In this document: positions 53,030 through 63,773 of the stretch, one piece after another
Layout of the letters: each line of letters opens with the position of its first letter
Numbering within the stretch: the first letter of the stretch is position 1
Program-made: the position numbers and the translations under genes
Origin: an uncultured Azospirillum sp.
Lineage (GTDB): Bacteria > Pseudomonadota > Alphaproteobacteria > Rickettsiales > UBA3002
Length of the DNA stretch: 64,000 nucleotides
Direction of reading: 5' to 3'
Assembly (NCBI GenBank): GCA_964530085.1
Contig: CAZGXX010000002.1
Coordinates: 212,725 to 276,724, forward strand
The notes under the pieces: generated by a model
Told to the model about the DNA's origin: nothing
The model's input: the letters and a program-made list of their open reading frames with translations, nothing else
The model's database searches: none

Positions 53030-54391
53030 ATGTTCGAATCCCTAAGCAAACGCCTCACCGAATCGCTCGACAAGCTGCGCCGCAAGGGGCGCCTCACCGA
53101 AGCGGATGTGGATGGCGCGCTGCGCGAGGTGCGCATGGCCTTGCTCGAGGCCGATGTGGCGCTACCCGTCGCGCGCGATTTCATCACCAACCTCAAGGGC
53201 AAACTGGTCGGCGCGGATATCATCGCCAGCGTCTCCCCGGCGCAGATGGTCATCAAGCTGGTCTATGACGCGCTGGTCGAGCTGCTGGGTGGCGAAACGG
53301 CTGAGCTCAACCTCGCCGCTGCCCCACCCGCCGTCATCCTTATGTGCGGCTTGCAAGGCTCCGGCAAAACCACCACCACCGGAAAGCTCGCCTTGCGCCT
53401 GCGCAGCAAAATGAACAAGCGCGTGCTGGTCGCCTCGCTCGATATCTACCGCCCCGCCGCGCAGGAGCAGCTCGCAAGCGTCGCCACCACGGCGGAAGTG
53501 GATAGCCTGCCGATTATCGCCGGGGAGCAGCCCGCCGCCATCACCGCCCGCGCGCTGGATGCGGCGCGTCGCGGCAATTACGACGTGCTGCTGCTCGACA
53601 CCGCCGGCCGCCTGCATGTCGATGATGTGTTAATGGATGAACTGAAAAAAATTAAGCAGCTGGCGCAGCCAGTTGAAACTCTCCTGGTCGCGGATGCGCT
53701 GACGGGGCAGGACGCCGTCACCATCGCCCGCGCGTTTCATGAATCGATCGGCGTCACTGGCATCGTGCTCACCCGGTTGGATGGCGACGGGCGCGGCGGT
53801 GCGGCGCTCTCCATGAAATCTATCACCGGCCAGCCCATAAAATTCATGGGGCTTGGCGAGAAGGTTAGTGAATTTGAACCATTCCATGCTGAACGTATAG
53901 CAAGCCGCATTCTGGATAAAGGCGATGTGGTTTCCCTCGTCGAGCGCGCGGCGGAGGTGATGAACACCGCCGAAGCCGAGGCCGGTGCCAAGCGGATGAT
54001 GCAGGGTCAGTTCGACCTCAACGACATGCTGCAGCAGATGCGGCAAATCAAGAAAATGGGCGGCCTCGGCGGGGTGATGAGCCTGATGCCCGGCATCGGC
54101 AAACTGAAAGACGCCATGGCCGGCGCGCAGATGCCGGATGATTCCGTCGTCAAGCGGCAGGAGGCGATTATTCTGGCCATGACCAAGGCCGAGCGCGCGA
54201 AACCGACGCTACTCAACGCCTCGCGCCGCCGCCGCATCGCCAATGGCTCCGGCACGCAGGTCAGCGACGTCAACCGCCTCATCAAGCAGTATCAACAGAT
54301 GGAAACCATGATGAAGCAAATGAAAAAAATGGGCGGCAAAGGCGCCATGAACCCGCTCAAACTCAAGCAAATGCTGAGTGGGCTTAGCTAA
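53030..54391 (+). CDS. ffh: signal recognition particle protein Ffh
   Basis: NG domain (GLQGSGKTTTTGKLA, DTAGR, TRLDGDGRGGAA) and a Met-rich M domain. Confidence 0.93.
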   Translation: MFESLSKRLTESLDKLRRKGRLTEADVDGALREVRMALLEADVALPVARDFITNLKGKLVGADIIASVSPAQMVIKLVYDALVELLGGETAELNLAAAPPAVILMCGLQGSGKTTTTGKLALRLRSKMNKRVLVASLDIYRPAAQEQLASVATTAEVDSLPIIAGEQPAAITARALDAARRGNYDVLLLDTAGRLHVDDVLMDELKKIKQLAQPVETLLVADALTGQDAVTIARAFHESIGVTGIVLTRLDGDGRGGAALSMKSITGQPIKFMGLGEKVSEFEPFHAERIASRILDKGDVVSLVERAAEVMNTAEAEAGAKRMMQGQFDLNDMLQQMRQIKKMGGLGGVMSLMPGIGKLKDAMAGAQMPDDSVVKRQEAIILAMTKAERAKPTLLNASRRRRIANGSGTQVSDVNRLIKQYQQMETMMKQMKKMGGKGAMNPLKLKQMLSGLS

Positions 54392-54518
54392 AATCTTAAA
54401 AAACCCCTTGCGCCCCCGCCCTATTCGTGGTTAAAGCCCCGCCACCTGTCTTCTTGGGTATATGGACGTAGCGCCGCATTGGGCGGAATGCGCGGTTCAA
54501 CCGAAAGGAGTGATTGAC

Positions 54519-54929
54519 ATGGCTGCTGTAATTCGTCTTGCCCGTGGTGGCGCGAAAAAGAAACCGTTCTACCGCATCGTGGTCGCTGACCGCCGTGCAC
54601 CGCGTAACGGTGATTTCATTGAAAAACTGGGTACGTTCAACCCGCTTCTGCCGAAGGACAGCGCGACGCGCCTCGTGCTCGATGCGGAACGTGCAAAACA
54701 CTGGCTCACCGTGGGCGCACTGCCGTCGGATCGCGTGAACTCGCTGTTCGCAAGCCTCGGCCTCACCAAAGCGTTCGACGCTTCGGGCAAGCCACAAAAA
54801 ACCCGCAAAAAAGCCGATAAGCTGACCCGCGCCGAGAAGCGTGCTGCTGCTGAGGAAGAAGCGAAGAACGCTCCCGCTGCAGAAGCACCGGCTGCCGAAG
54901 CTGCTGCAGAAGAAGCACCGGCTGCATAA
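54519..54929 (+). CDS. rpsP: 30S ribosomal protein S16 with Ala/Glu/Lys-rich C-terminal extension
   Basis: [34 protein letters not shown] before the ATG at 54519. Confidence 0.9.
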   Translation: MAAVIRLARGGAKKKPFYRIVVADRRAPRNGDFIEKLGTFNPLLPKDSATRLVLDAERAKHWLTVGALPSDRVNSLFASLGLTKAFDASGKPQKTRKKADKLTRAEKRAAAEEEAKNAPAAEAPAAEAAAEEAPAA

Positions 54930-54954
54930 ATTTACGAATCTACCCACACTTCGA

Positions 54955-54981
54955 AGACGGCAGCAATGCCGTCTTTTTTTT
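54955..54981 (+). terminator. rho-independent terminator or attenuator after rpsP
   Basis: AGACGGCA-gcaa-TGCCGTCT (8-bp stem, 4-nt loop) followed by a T-run. Confidence 0.65.
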
Positions 54982-55054
54982 GCCTCCTCACAGCCGAGTA
55001 GTGTTGCGCCGCGCGCGAAAATCCTTATAATGCGCGCATCACAAAGGAGTTTTT

Positions 55055-55123
55055 ATGGCTATTGGTATCGCAATCGCAGGTGTCGCGCTGGCTGTTATTG
55101 GCCTCATCGGCCAGTTTAGTTAG
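55055..55123 (+). CDS. candidate small hydrophobic peptide (22 aa, MAIGIAIAGVALAVIGLIGQFS)
   Basis: Not in the ORF track (too short). AAAGGAG SD 6 nt upstream of the ATG. Single predicted TM helix. Lies between the rpsP terminator and rimM. Confidence 0.35.
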   Translation: MAIGIAIAGVALAVIGLIGQFS

Positions 55124-55131
55124 GCGTTTTT

Positions 55132-55671
55132 ATGAGTCAGGAGTGGATGGATCTCGCGGTCATCGGCCAGCCGCATGGGGTGAGTGGCCGCGTCAAAATC
55201 AAGTCCTTCACCGACCCGGCGGATGATTTCGCCGCACATAAAGCCCTCTCCTATGCGGACGGAACGCCGGTTAAACTGCGCATCACCGGGCACACGCAGG
55301 GCATGGCGATCGTGACGATCGAGGGCGTTACCCGTCGCGAACAGGCGGAGCTTCTGCGCGGCAAAAAGCTCGGCGTTCCGCGCGCGGCGATGCCAACCCT
55401 CACCACGCCTAACCAGTTCTACACCGCCGACATCATCGGCATGGAAGTCCTCACCCTCGATGGCACGACGTTTGGCACGGTAACAAACGTCGCCAATTAC
55501 GGCGCGGGCGACATTCTCGACATCACTCTCCCAAGCGGCCGCAGCGAAATGTTCGCCTTCACCGCGGCCACTTTCCCCAGTGTTGACCACGCAGCGCGGC
55601 GCATCACCATCGACCCGCCAGTGATTCTCGGTAGCCGTAAGGAAGAGCAGTCATTCAACGAAACCACTTGA
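55132..55671 (+). CDS. rimM: 16S rRNA processing protein RimM
   Basis: 179 aa. IGQPHGVSGRVKIKSFTD N-terminal barrel and PRC-barrel C-terminus. Conserved operon position. Confidence 0.85.
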   Translation: MSQEWMDLAVIGQPHGVSGRVKIKSFTDPADDFAAHKALSYADGTPVKLRITGHTQGMAIVTIEGVTRREQAELLRGKKLGVPRAAMPTLTTPNQFYTADIIGMEVLTLDGTTFGTVTNVANYGAGDILDITLPSGRSEMFAFTAATFPSVDHAARRITIDPPVILGSRKEEQSFNETT

Positions 55672-55745
55672 ACCGAAGATAATTTGGTTCTACCCAATCG
55701 GGCGTCGCGCATCTCGCGCATACTAAACCTCACGGAGAAAACCCC

Positions 55746-56036
55746 ATGAAAAAGACCCTTCTTGCACTCACCACCGCACTCGTATTCACCAGCGCTTTTG
55801 CTGCGTCGGAAGTAACCACTTCGGCTGGCACCCCAGTCACCAGCAGCAACAATACCCCGGTTGCCGTTGCCGCACCAGAAGCAGGCGCTGCAGAAGCTCC
55901 GGTTGTTGAGAAAAAAGCCGTTGCGAAAAAAGCAAAACACAAAGCACACAAAGCGAAAAAAGCTGCTGCAAAAGCCGCTGATAAAGCTGCTCCAGCTGCT
56001 GCAACGACCCCAGCTGCTCCGGCTGCTGCACACTAG
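55746..56036 (+). CDS. small secreted Ala/Lys/Pro-rich protein (96 aa)
   Basis: Signal peptide MKKTLLALTTALVFTSAFA-AS, then low-complexity EKKAVAKKAKHKAHKAKKAAAKAADKAAPAA. Inserted between rimM and trmD. Confidence 0.6.
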   Translation: MKKTLLALTTALVFTSAFAASEVTTSAGTPVTSSNNTPVAVAAPEAGAAEAPVVEKKAVAKKAKHKAHKAKKAAAKAADKAAPAAATTPAAPAAAH

Positions 56037-56042
56037 TTCGCA

Positions 56043-56780
56043 GTGAACTCTTCCCTCTGGCGCGCGCGCGTCATCACCCTGATGCCCGAAATGTATCCCG
56101 GGCCACTAGGGTGCTCGCTGATTGGCGAGGCGCTCGCGCGCCAGATATGGGAATTATCGACCATTAATCTTCGCGATTTCGGCATCGGTGTTCACCAGAA
56201 GGTGGATGACTCGCCCTGCGGTGGCGGTGCGGGCATGGTGCTCAAGCCGGATGTGGTGGATGCCGCCATCACGCACGCCAAGGCTCTATCTATTAAAAAC
56301 AGCCCGCCTCAGGCGCAGCCTGCGCAGCTCATCCACTTCACCCCGCGCGGTGAACCGATGACCCAGGCGCATTTCCGCGAATTCAGCCAGATCGATCTGA
56401 TTCTCCTCGCCGGACGCTACGAGGCGGTGGATCAGCGCGTGCTCGACAAACATGCCCCGCGCGAGATTTCACTGGGCGATTTCGTCCTCACTGGCGGCGA
56501 TATTCCCGCCATGACGTTTATCGAGGGCTGTGTAAGGCTCCTACCCGGTGTCGTTGGTAAAATTGACAGCTTGGGCGAGGAAAGCTTCGGCGACGGCGCT
56601 TATGCCAACCTCCTCGAATATCCCCATTATACCAAACCCGCCGAGTGGGAAGGCCGCGCCGTGCCACCCGTGCTGCTTTCCGGCAACCACGCCGACATCG
56701 CCAAATGGCGGCTCGGCGAGGCGGAATCCGCCACAAAAGCCCGTCGCCCCGACCTTTGGGAAAAACGTAGCAAAAAATAG
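56043..56780 (+). CDS. trmD: tRNA (guanine37-N1)-methyltransferase
   Basis: GTG start. VITLMPEMYPG N-terminus and a SPOUT knot region (GRYEAVDQRV, SLGDFVLTGG). Confidence 0.9.
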   Translation: MNSSLWRARVITLMPEMYPGPLGCSLIGEALARQIWELSTINLRDFGIGVHQKVDDSPCGGGAGMVLKPDVVDAAITHAKALSIKNSPPQAQPAQLIHFTPRGEPMTQAHFREFSQIDLILLAGRYEAVDQRVLDKHAPREISLGDFVLTGGDIPAMTFIEGCVRLLPGVVGKIDSLGEESFGDGAYANLLEYPHYTKPAEWEGRAVPPVLLSGNHADIAKWRLGEAESATKARRPDLWEKRSKK

Positions 56781-56868
56781 CATATTCTGCTTGCCAAGCC
56801 CGCTCACCCGATGTAGGAAACCCGACCTTCAATTATATTATGCGCGATAAACGCGGCACGAGGACGAC

Positions 56869-57279
56869 ATGAACATTCTGCAACAAATCGAAGCTGAACA
56901 AGTAGAAAAACTCAGCAAAGGCAAACAGATCGACGATTTCAAACCCGGCGATGTCGTTCGCGTGAACGTAAAAATCATCGAGGGCAGCAACGAGCGTATT
57001 CAGGCATTCGAAGGCCTCGTCATCGCGCGTAAGAACGCGGGCATCAACTCGGCATTCACCGTGCGCAAAATCAGCCACGGCGAAGGCGTTGAGCGTATCT
57101 TCCCGCTCCACTCGGCGCGTATTGATTCGGTGGTTCGCGTGCGTCAGGGTGAAGTGCGTCGTGCGAAACTCTACTATATCCGCACCCGTACCGGCAAATC
57201 GGCACGCATTAAAGAGCGCGTAGACTTGGCTGGTTTTGCTGCGGCTAAAGCGGCTAAAAACAGCGACGCAAACGCATAA
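56869..57279 (+). CDS. rplS: 50S ribosomal protein L19
   Basis: [33 protein letters not shown], typical of L19. Confidence 0.92.
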   Translation: MNILQQIEAEQVEKLSKGKQIDDFKPGDVVRVNVKIIEGSNERIQAFEGLVIARKNAGINSAFTVRKISHGEGVERIFPLHSARIDSVVRVRQGEVRRAKLYYIRTRTGKSARIKERVDLAGFAAAKAAKNSDANA

Positions 57280-57299
57280 GGCGGCTTGTCATTCCTGTA

Positions 57300-58706
<1,407 letters not shown>

Positions 58707-58827
58707 AAAACCTCAGTTTTACTGAAGAATTCACATGTAATCCACGAAAGCCTGTGTTATAAGGCCGCTTCGCTTAAGCAAAAGAGCGGGCAATAACGCT
58801 CGCGCTAGACCAGAATTAGGACCCCAC

Positions 58828-59604
58828 ATGAGCCAGAACCAGACCCTCCGCACCCACGCCATTTCCGCTGGGCGCGACTACCAAGAACTGCCCGCGTGGC
58901 AAAAATCCATGACGCTGGCCGAGCGCGTTTATACGCTGGCGGAAGACCATGCTGGCCTCGTCGCACACATGCGCGAAACTGCGCTTAGCATCACCGCATC
59001 CATCGCCGCGGCGAGCGGTCGTCACAACGAATTCGGCATGACGGATAGCTACTCCAAAGCGCAAAGCGCGAATGCCGAGCTGATGACGCAATTCACGCTG
59101 GCGCAGCGTTTGGGCTATCTCGACCAAGACACAGTGAGCGAGCTTCTCGTGGCGAGCGACGAAGTGGCGCGCCTCATCATCGGCCTCAAGCACGGCCTGA
59201 AGGTTGCTGCAAAAGACAAAGAAAACGCCGAGAAAGACGCCGCCAAAGCCGAGCGTGACCGCAACACAGAACGCGCCGAGCGTTCGGAACGTCCGCGCCG
59301 TGAATATAAACCTCGCGATGGTGCACGCGACGAACGCCCGCGCCGCGAATACAAGCCGCGCGATGCTGGTTCCGAAGCCCCTCGCCGTGAGTATAAACCA
59401 CGCGATGCCTCGGCAGGCGACGACCGCCCACGCCGCGAGTTCAAGCCACGTGATGGCGCCAGCAGCGACCGCAAGCCTTATGGCGAGCGTAAGCCTTACG
59501 GCGATAAGAAGCCCTATGGCGACCGCAAACCCTACGGCGATAAGAAGCCCTATGGCGACCGCAAACCCTCCGGCGGCAAGCCCTTCCGCAAACCGCGCGA
59601 TTAA
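58828..59604 (+). CDS. four-helix-bundle (23S rRNA IVS-protein-like) domain fused to an Arg/Lys/Pro-rich tandem-repeat tail
   Basis: The N-terminal ~125 aa (LPAWQKSMTLAERVYTL...SITASIAAASGRHN...AELMTQFTLAQRLGYL) resemble the four-helix-bundle family. The C-terminus has 4x (E)RPRREYKPRD and about 6x RKPYGD. Confidence 0.7.
   Translation: MSQNQTLRTHAISAGRDYQELPAWQKSMTLAERVYTLAEDHAGLVAHMRETALSITASIAAASGRHNEFGMTDSYSKAQSANAELMTQFTLAQRLGYLDQDTVSELLVASDEVARLIIGLKHGLKVAAKDKENAEKDAAKAERDRNTERAERSERPRREYKPRDGARDERPRREYKPRDAGSEAPRREYKPRDASAGDDRPRREFKPRDGASSDRKPYGERKPYGDKKPYGDRKPYGDKKPYGDRKPSGGKPFRKPRD
59285..59600 (+). repeat. in-frame coding tandem repeats (about 45-nt units x4, then 18-nt units x6, including a near-perfect 36-nt duplication)
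   Basis: 59500-59535 and 59536-59571 are identical over the first 34 nt (ggcgataagaagccctatggcgaccgcaaaccct). Confidence 0.75.
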
Positions 59605-59648
59605 TCCATCGTTGGCTTCCTGCGCCTTCCGTGCTAGCCACTAGGCGT

Positions 59649-60191
59649 ATGGAACTCACCTCTGATATGGAATATGCCGGATTCTGGCGGCGTTTTAACG
59701 CCTATGGCGTCGACGCGACGATTGTGCAGATCGCCACCTGGGTGATCGGCTGGCAGCTGGGGCTCAACACAGGCAGTTCCATCGACCTCAAAACCTTTCA
59801 GGCGCTTCTCGTTTCAGCGCAAAGTGGTGTAGTCGACCCCGCACTCATCACCCTGCTGGCCGATGGTATAAAAAGCTCTTTCTCCGGCGGTTCATTCATC
59901 TCGCTGGTGGATGACAAACTCTTCATTTTCCTCTCGGCGGCCTACAACATCCTCTTCGTGGCGGGGGTGTGGCAGGCCACGCCGGGCAAGCACTGGCTTG
60001 GCCTGAAAGTCACCCGCAAAAGCGGCGCACGGCTTACGCTGCTTGAGTCTGCCACCCGCCACGCCGCGAGCGGCCTATCGATGCTGGCGGCAGGCATTGG
60101 CTACATCACCCTGTTCTTCACCAAGGAAAAACTCGCGCCGCACGACATGATTTGCCAGACGCGCGTGATTCATGTAAAAACACCTAGCTAA
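59649..60191 (+). CDS. RDD-family membrane protein
   Basis: YAGFWRRFNAYGVDATIV N-terminal RDD signature plus 3 TM helices. Confidence 0.7.
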   Translation: MELTSDMEYAGFWRRFNAYGVDATIVQIATWVIGWQLGLNTGSSIDLKTFQALLVSAQSGVVDPALITLLADGIKSSFSGGSFISLVDDKLFIFLSAAYNILFVAGVWQATPGKHWLGLKVTRKSGARLTLLESATRHAASGLSMLAAGIGYITLFFTKEKLAPHDMICQTRVIHVKTPS

Positions 60192-60201
60192 CGGAGGATG
60201 T

Positions 60202-60348
60202 ATGTTTCAATGGTTCCGTGATTTAGTCGGCAAAGCCGCCCTTCGCCGTAAGCAGAAGGACGACTGGTCGCGCTATTACGCCAACACCGCCGCCGCGAAG
60301 AAACTCAACCTCCCGCTCGACCCGGGCAACGATCCATGGATGTCATAA
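60202..60348 (+). CDS. candidate small protein (48 aa, [48 protein letters not shown])
   Basis: Not in the ORF track. GGAGGA SD at 60193-60198 (3-nt spacer to the ATG). Fills the RDD-leuD gap exactly. Backbone-like codon composition. Confidence 0.35.
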   Translation: MFQWFRDLVGKAALRRKQKDDWSRYYANTAAAKKLNLPLDPGNDPWMS

Positions 60349-60352
60349 CCTT

Positions 60353-60952
60353 ATGAAAAGTTTCACCACACTCGCCGCCATCGCTGCGCCGCTGCCGATT
60401 CAAAACATCGACACGGATATGATTATCCCTAAGCAATTCCTCAAAACCATCAAGCGCACCGGCCTGAAGGAAGGGCTTTTCTACGAAATGCGTTATACGA
60501 CCGAAGGAAAAAAGATCGAGAATTTTGTGCTCCACCGCGAGCCCTACACAAACGCGAAAATCCTTGTCGCGCTGGAGAATTTTGGTTGTGGCTCCAGCCG
60601 CGAGCATGCGCCGTGGGCGCTGGCGGATTTCGGCATCACCTGCGTCATCGCGCCGAGCTTTGCGGATATTTTCTACAATAACTGCTTCAAAAACGGTATT
60701 CTGCCGGTTGTCCTCCCGCGCGAAGAAGTGGATACGCTGATGCAGCACGCGCAGTCGAGCAGCAACCTCGTCACGGTCGATTTACCCGCGCAAACCGTGC
60801 GTGCGGGCAACCACCAGTTCGAATTCACGATCGATGCTTTCCGCAAACATTGCCTCATGAACGGGCTGGATGATATCGGCCTGACGCTTGAGAAATCCGC
60901 CGCGATTCAGGGCTATGAAGCGACGCTTCAAACAGCGCGCCCTTGGTTATAA
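60353..60952 (+). CDS. leuD: 3-isopropylmalate dehydratase small subunit
   Basis: 199 aa. [14 protein letters not shown] and [13 protein letters not shown] motifs. Confidence 0.92.
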   Translation: MKSFTTLAAIAAPLPIQNIDTDMIIPKQFLKTIKRTGLKEGLFYEMRYTTEGKKIENFVLHREPYTNAKILVALENFGCGSSREHAPWALADFGITCVIAPSFADIFYNNCFKNGILPVVLPREEVDTLMQHAQSSSNLVTVDLPAQTVRAGNHQFEFTIDAFRKHCLMNGLDDIGLTLEKSAAIQGYEATLQTARPWL

Positions 60953-60953
60953 A

Positions 60954-61060
60954 CGTCGTCATTGCGAGGCTTTAGCCGAAGCAATCCAGCGTCGCGCGTC
61001 TGCGCGACAGTATTCTCTTAAGAGGGTCTGGATTGCTTCGCTACGCTCGCAATGACGACG
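60954..61060. repeat. 107-bp nested palindromic intergenic element (GTCAT...ATCCAG family, full-length copy)
   Basis: Outer arms cgtcgtcattgcgag / ctcgcaatgacgacg (15/15). Inner arms gaagcaatccag / ctggattgcttc (12/12). Central hairpin gtcgcgc-gtct-gcgcgac. It creates the spurious [10 protein letters not shown]-terminal extension of the leuB ORF. Confidence 0.75.
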
Positions 61061-61128
61061 GGGTATTTTATCTCTCAACAACCTCACGAACCCCTTGCCT
61101 TTCCAACATAGACTGCTATCTCAAAACG

Positions 61129-62241
61129 ATGAAAAATATCCTCCTCATCCCCGGCGACGGCATCGGTCCTGAAGTGGTCGAACAGGCGCGTCGCGTACTC
61201 ACATGGGCGGGCGAACATGCGGGCGCGCCGTTCGCGTTCGACAACGCCCTGATCGGCGGCGCGGCGTATGACGCAACGGGCACGCCCTTCCCCGCCGAAA
61301 CGCTCGCCAAAGCCAAAGCGGCAGATGCGATTTTGCTAGGCGCGGTCGGCGGCCCGAAATGGGAGCCACTGCCCCACGCCGTGCGTCCGGAACGCGGGCT
61401 GCTCGCCATCCGCAAAGAACTCGACCTCTTTGCCAACCTGCGCCCGGCCATGTGTTTCGCCGCGCTGGCGGATGCATCGAGCCTCAAGCCAGAAATCATT
61501 TCCGGCCTCGATATCCTCATCGTGCGCGAACTTACTGGCGATATTTATTTCGGCGAACCGCGCGGTGTCACGCTCGAGGGCAACCACCGCGTCGGCCGCA
61601 ACACCATGATCTACGCCGATTGGGAAGTGACCCGCATCGCCCGCGTCGCGCTCGGCCTCGCCCGCGCGCGCGGCAAAAAACTCTGCTCGGTGGATAAGGC
61701 AAACGTGCTCGAATGCACCGAAATGTGGCGCGAAGAAGTGGTGAAGCTCCACGCCGCGGAATATGCCGACATCGCGCTCAGCCATATGTATGTCGACAAC
61801 GCCGCCATGCAGCTCGTGCGCAACCCCAAGCAGTTCGATGTCGTCGTCACCGGCAACATGTTCGGCGATATTCTGTCGGACTGCGCGGCCATGCTCACCG
61901 GCTCGCTCGGCATGTTGCCCAGCGCCTCGCTCGGTGCCGAAATCGGTGGCAAGCGCGCCGCGCTTTATGAACCTGTCCACGGCTCCGCGCCGGATATTGC
62001 GGGGCAGAACATCGCCAACCCCATCGCCACGATTCTCTCGGCGGGGATGATGTTGCGCTACTCCTTCAGCATGATGCGCGAGGCAGACCTGATCGACCAG
62101 GCCATCAACGCCGTGCTCGGCAAGGGCCTACGCACGGCGGATATCATGCAAGACGGCGCACAGAAAATCAGCACGCAGGCAATGGGCGATGCGATTCTGG
62201 CCGAGCTGGCCACCCTCGCCTCTGCCGCGAAGGTCGCCTAG
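61129..62241 (+). CDS. leuB: 3-isopropylmalate dehydrogenase
   Basis: [16 protein letters not shown] start and NMFGDILSD motif. About 370 aa from the ATG at 61129. Confidence 0.93.
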   Translation: MKNILLIPGDGIGPEVVEQARRVLTWAGEHAGAPFAFDNALIGGAAYDATGTPFPAETLAKAKAADAILLGAVGGPKWEPLPHAVRPERGLLAIRKELDLFANLRPAMCFAALADASSLKPEIISGLDILIVRELTGDIYFGEPRGVTLEGNHRVGRNTMIYADWEVTRIARVALGLARARGKKLCSVDKANVLECTEMWREEVVKLHAAEYADIALSHMYVDNAAMQLVRNPKQFDVVVTGNMFGDILSDCAAMLTGSLGMLPSASLGAEIGGKRAALYEPVHGSAPDIAGQNIANPIATILSAGMMLRYSFSMMREADLIDQAINAVLGKGLRTADIMQDGAQKISTQAMGDAILAELATLASAAKVA

Positions 62242-62718
62242 GTGCGTGCGCTCCCCCTCTTCCTCACCTTCTTCCTCGCGACAGCTGCCATCGCGCAAAC
62301 TGCGGCGGAGCCAACCATGCAGCAACAAATTATGCAAATGCTGGCGAAGCAGAAAAACAATCAAGCCCTCGGCAGCGCATTGGCGGTGGGGGCGCTGCTT
62401 GGCTGCACCAAAAAACAAGCCGGAAAAGAAGCCACGCAGAGCTTCTATCAGCAAGCGCTCTCTATCGGAAAAACGATTGATGGCTACTGCAAAGAAGGTG
62501 ATAAAACCTCGGCAAAAACCATGCTGCTATCGTCGCTGGATGCCAAACAATCCGACCCCGTGCTCAAAACAGCGCTCAGCTGCTACGACAACCAGACTGC
62601 GAGCCTTGCGGGCATGATTGGCGAGAAACAAGCCTCAAAAGCAGCATTCTACGCGCGCTGGGTACGCAACCCCGCCATCGCACACGAAGAAATTAAAACA
62701 ACGGATATTTGTAAGTAG
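62242..62718 (+). CDS. hypothetical periplasmic protein (158 aa)
   Basis: GTG start abutting the leuB stop. Signal peptide MRALPLFLTFFLATAAIA-QT. Four Cys. No recognisable domain. Confidence 0.5.
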   Translation: MRALPLFLTFFLATAAIAQTAAEPTMQQQIMQMLAKQKNNQALGSALAVGALLGCTKKQAGKEATQSFYQQALSIGKTIDGYCKEGDKTSAKTMLLSSLDAKQSDPVLKTALSCYDNQTASLAGMIGEKQASKAAFYARWVRNPAIAHEEIKTTDICK

Positions 62719-62729
62719 GAAGGTATAAA

Positions 62730-63773
62730 ATGAGCTATAAAATTGCAGTGGTCGGGGCGACGGGAAATGTGGGCCGCGAGATTCTCGAAACGCTTTCGCA
62801 GCGCCGTTTCCCGGCGCGTGAAGTGGTGGCACTCGCCTCGCGCAGCTCCGTCGGCAAGGAAGTCAGCTTCGGCGACAGCAAAACCCTCACCGTGCAGGCG
62901 CTCGACGATTACGACTTCACCGGCACGGATATCGCCCTCTTCTCCCCCGGTTCGGCGGTGAGCAAAATCCACGCGCCACGCGCCGCTGCGCAAGGCTGCG
63001 CGGTGATCGACAATACCTCGTATTTCCGGATGGACCCTGAAATTCCGCTGGTAGTGCCCGAGGTAAATGCCGCCGCGCTCAAGGATTTCCGCAAGCGCAA
63101 CATCATCGCCAACCCGAACTGCTCCACCATCCAGATGGTGGTCGCGCTCGCGCCGCTACACGCCATCAACCCTATCAAACGCGTGGTGGTGAGCACCTAT
63201 CAGTCTGTCTCCGGCGCGGGGAAAGAGGCGATGGACGAGCTGTACAACCAGACCAAAGGCTTGTTCCTGCACGACCATAAAGACGCCAAGAAATTTACCA
63301 AGCGCATCGCGTTTAACGTCATTCCGCATATTGATTCCTTCCTCGAGAACGGCATGACGAAGGAAGAATTCAAAATGGTGGAGGAAACCAAAAAAATCCT
63401 CGACCCGAATATTAAAGTATCCGCCACCTGCGTGCGCGTGCCGGTGTTCGTCGGCCATTCGGAATCCGTCAACATCGAGTTCACGAACCCCATCACTATC
63501 GAGGAAGTCTACGACGCGCTGGAAAACGCCGAGGGCGTGCTGGTCGTCGACCGCCGCGAGGATGGTGGCTATATGTCGCCGCTCGAAAGCGTGGGGGAAG
63601 ACGCGGTTTACGTGAGCCGCGTGCGCGTCGATCCCACCATCGCCAACGGCATCAATCTCTGGGTGGTGGCGGATAATCTGCGCAAAGGCGCCGCACTCAA
63701 CGCCGTACAAATCGCCGAAACGCTCGTCGCCCAATTCGGCCTTCTGCCTTCGAAGAAGAGGGAACTGGCGTAA
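62730..63773 (+). CDS. asd: aspartate-semialdehyde dehydrogenase
   Basis: KIAVVGATGNVGRE Rossmann start. Active-site NPNCSTIQ. Confidence 0.93.
   Translation: MSYKIAVVGATGNVGREILETLSQRRFPAREVVALASRSSVGKEVSFGDSKTLTVQALDDYDFTGTDIALFSPGSAVSKIHAPRAAAQGCAVIDNTSYFRMDPEIPLVVPEVNAAALKDFRKRNIIANPNCSTIQMVVALAPLHAINPIKRVVVSTYQSVSGAGKEAMDELYNQTKGLFLHDHKDAKKFTKRIAFNVIPHIDSFLENGMTKEEFKMVEETKKILDPNIKVSATCVRVPVFVGHSESVNIEFTNPITIEEVYDALENAEGVLVVDRREDGGYMSPLESVGEDAVYVSRVRVDPTIANGINLWVVADNLRKGAALNAVQIAETLVAQFGLLPSKKRELA

Noticed and set aside
59285-59600. Regularly spaced short direct repeats that might suggest a CRISPR-like array.
   Set aside because: The repeats are contiguous with no unique spacers, are in frame, and encode RPRREYKPRD/RKPYGD peptide repeats inside a continuous ORF. 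No cas genes are present.
61033-61128. N-terminal extension of the leuB ORF ([14 protein letters not shown]...), and analogous peptides MDPRLRGDDG (8713 region) and VPAKAGIQ (43760-43945 ORF).
   Set aside because: These are translations of the palindromic intergenic repeat family. leuB clearly starts at [16 protein letters not shown] (61129).
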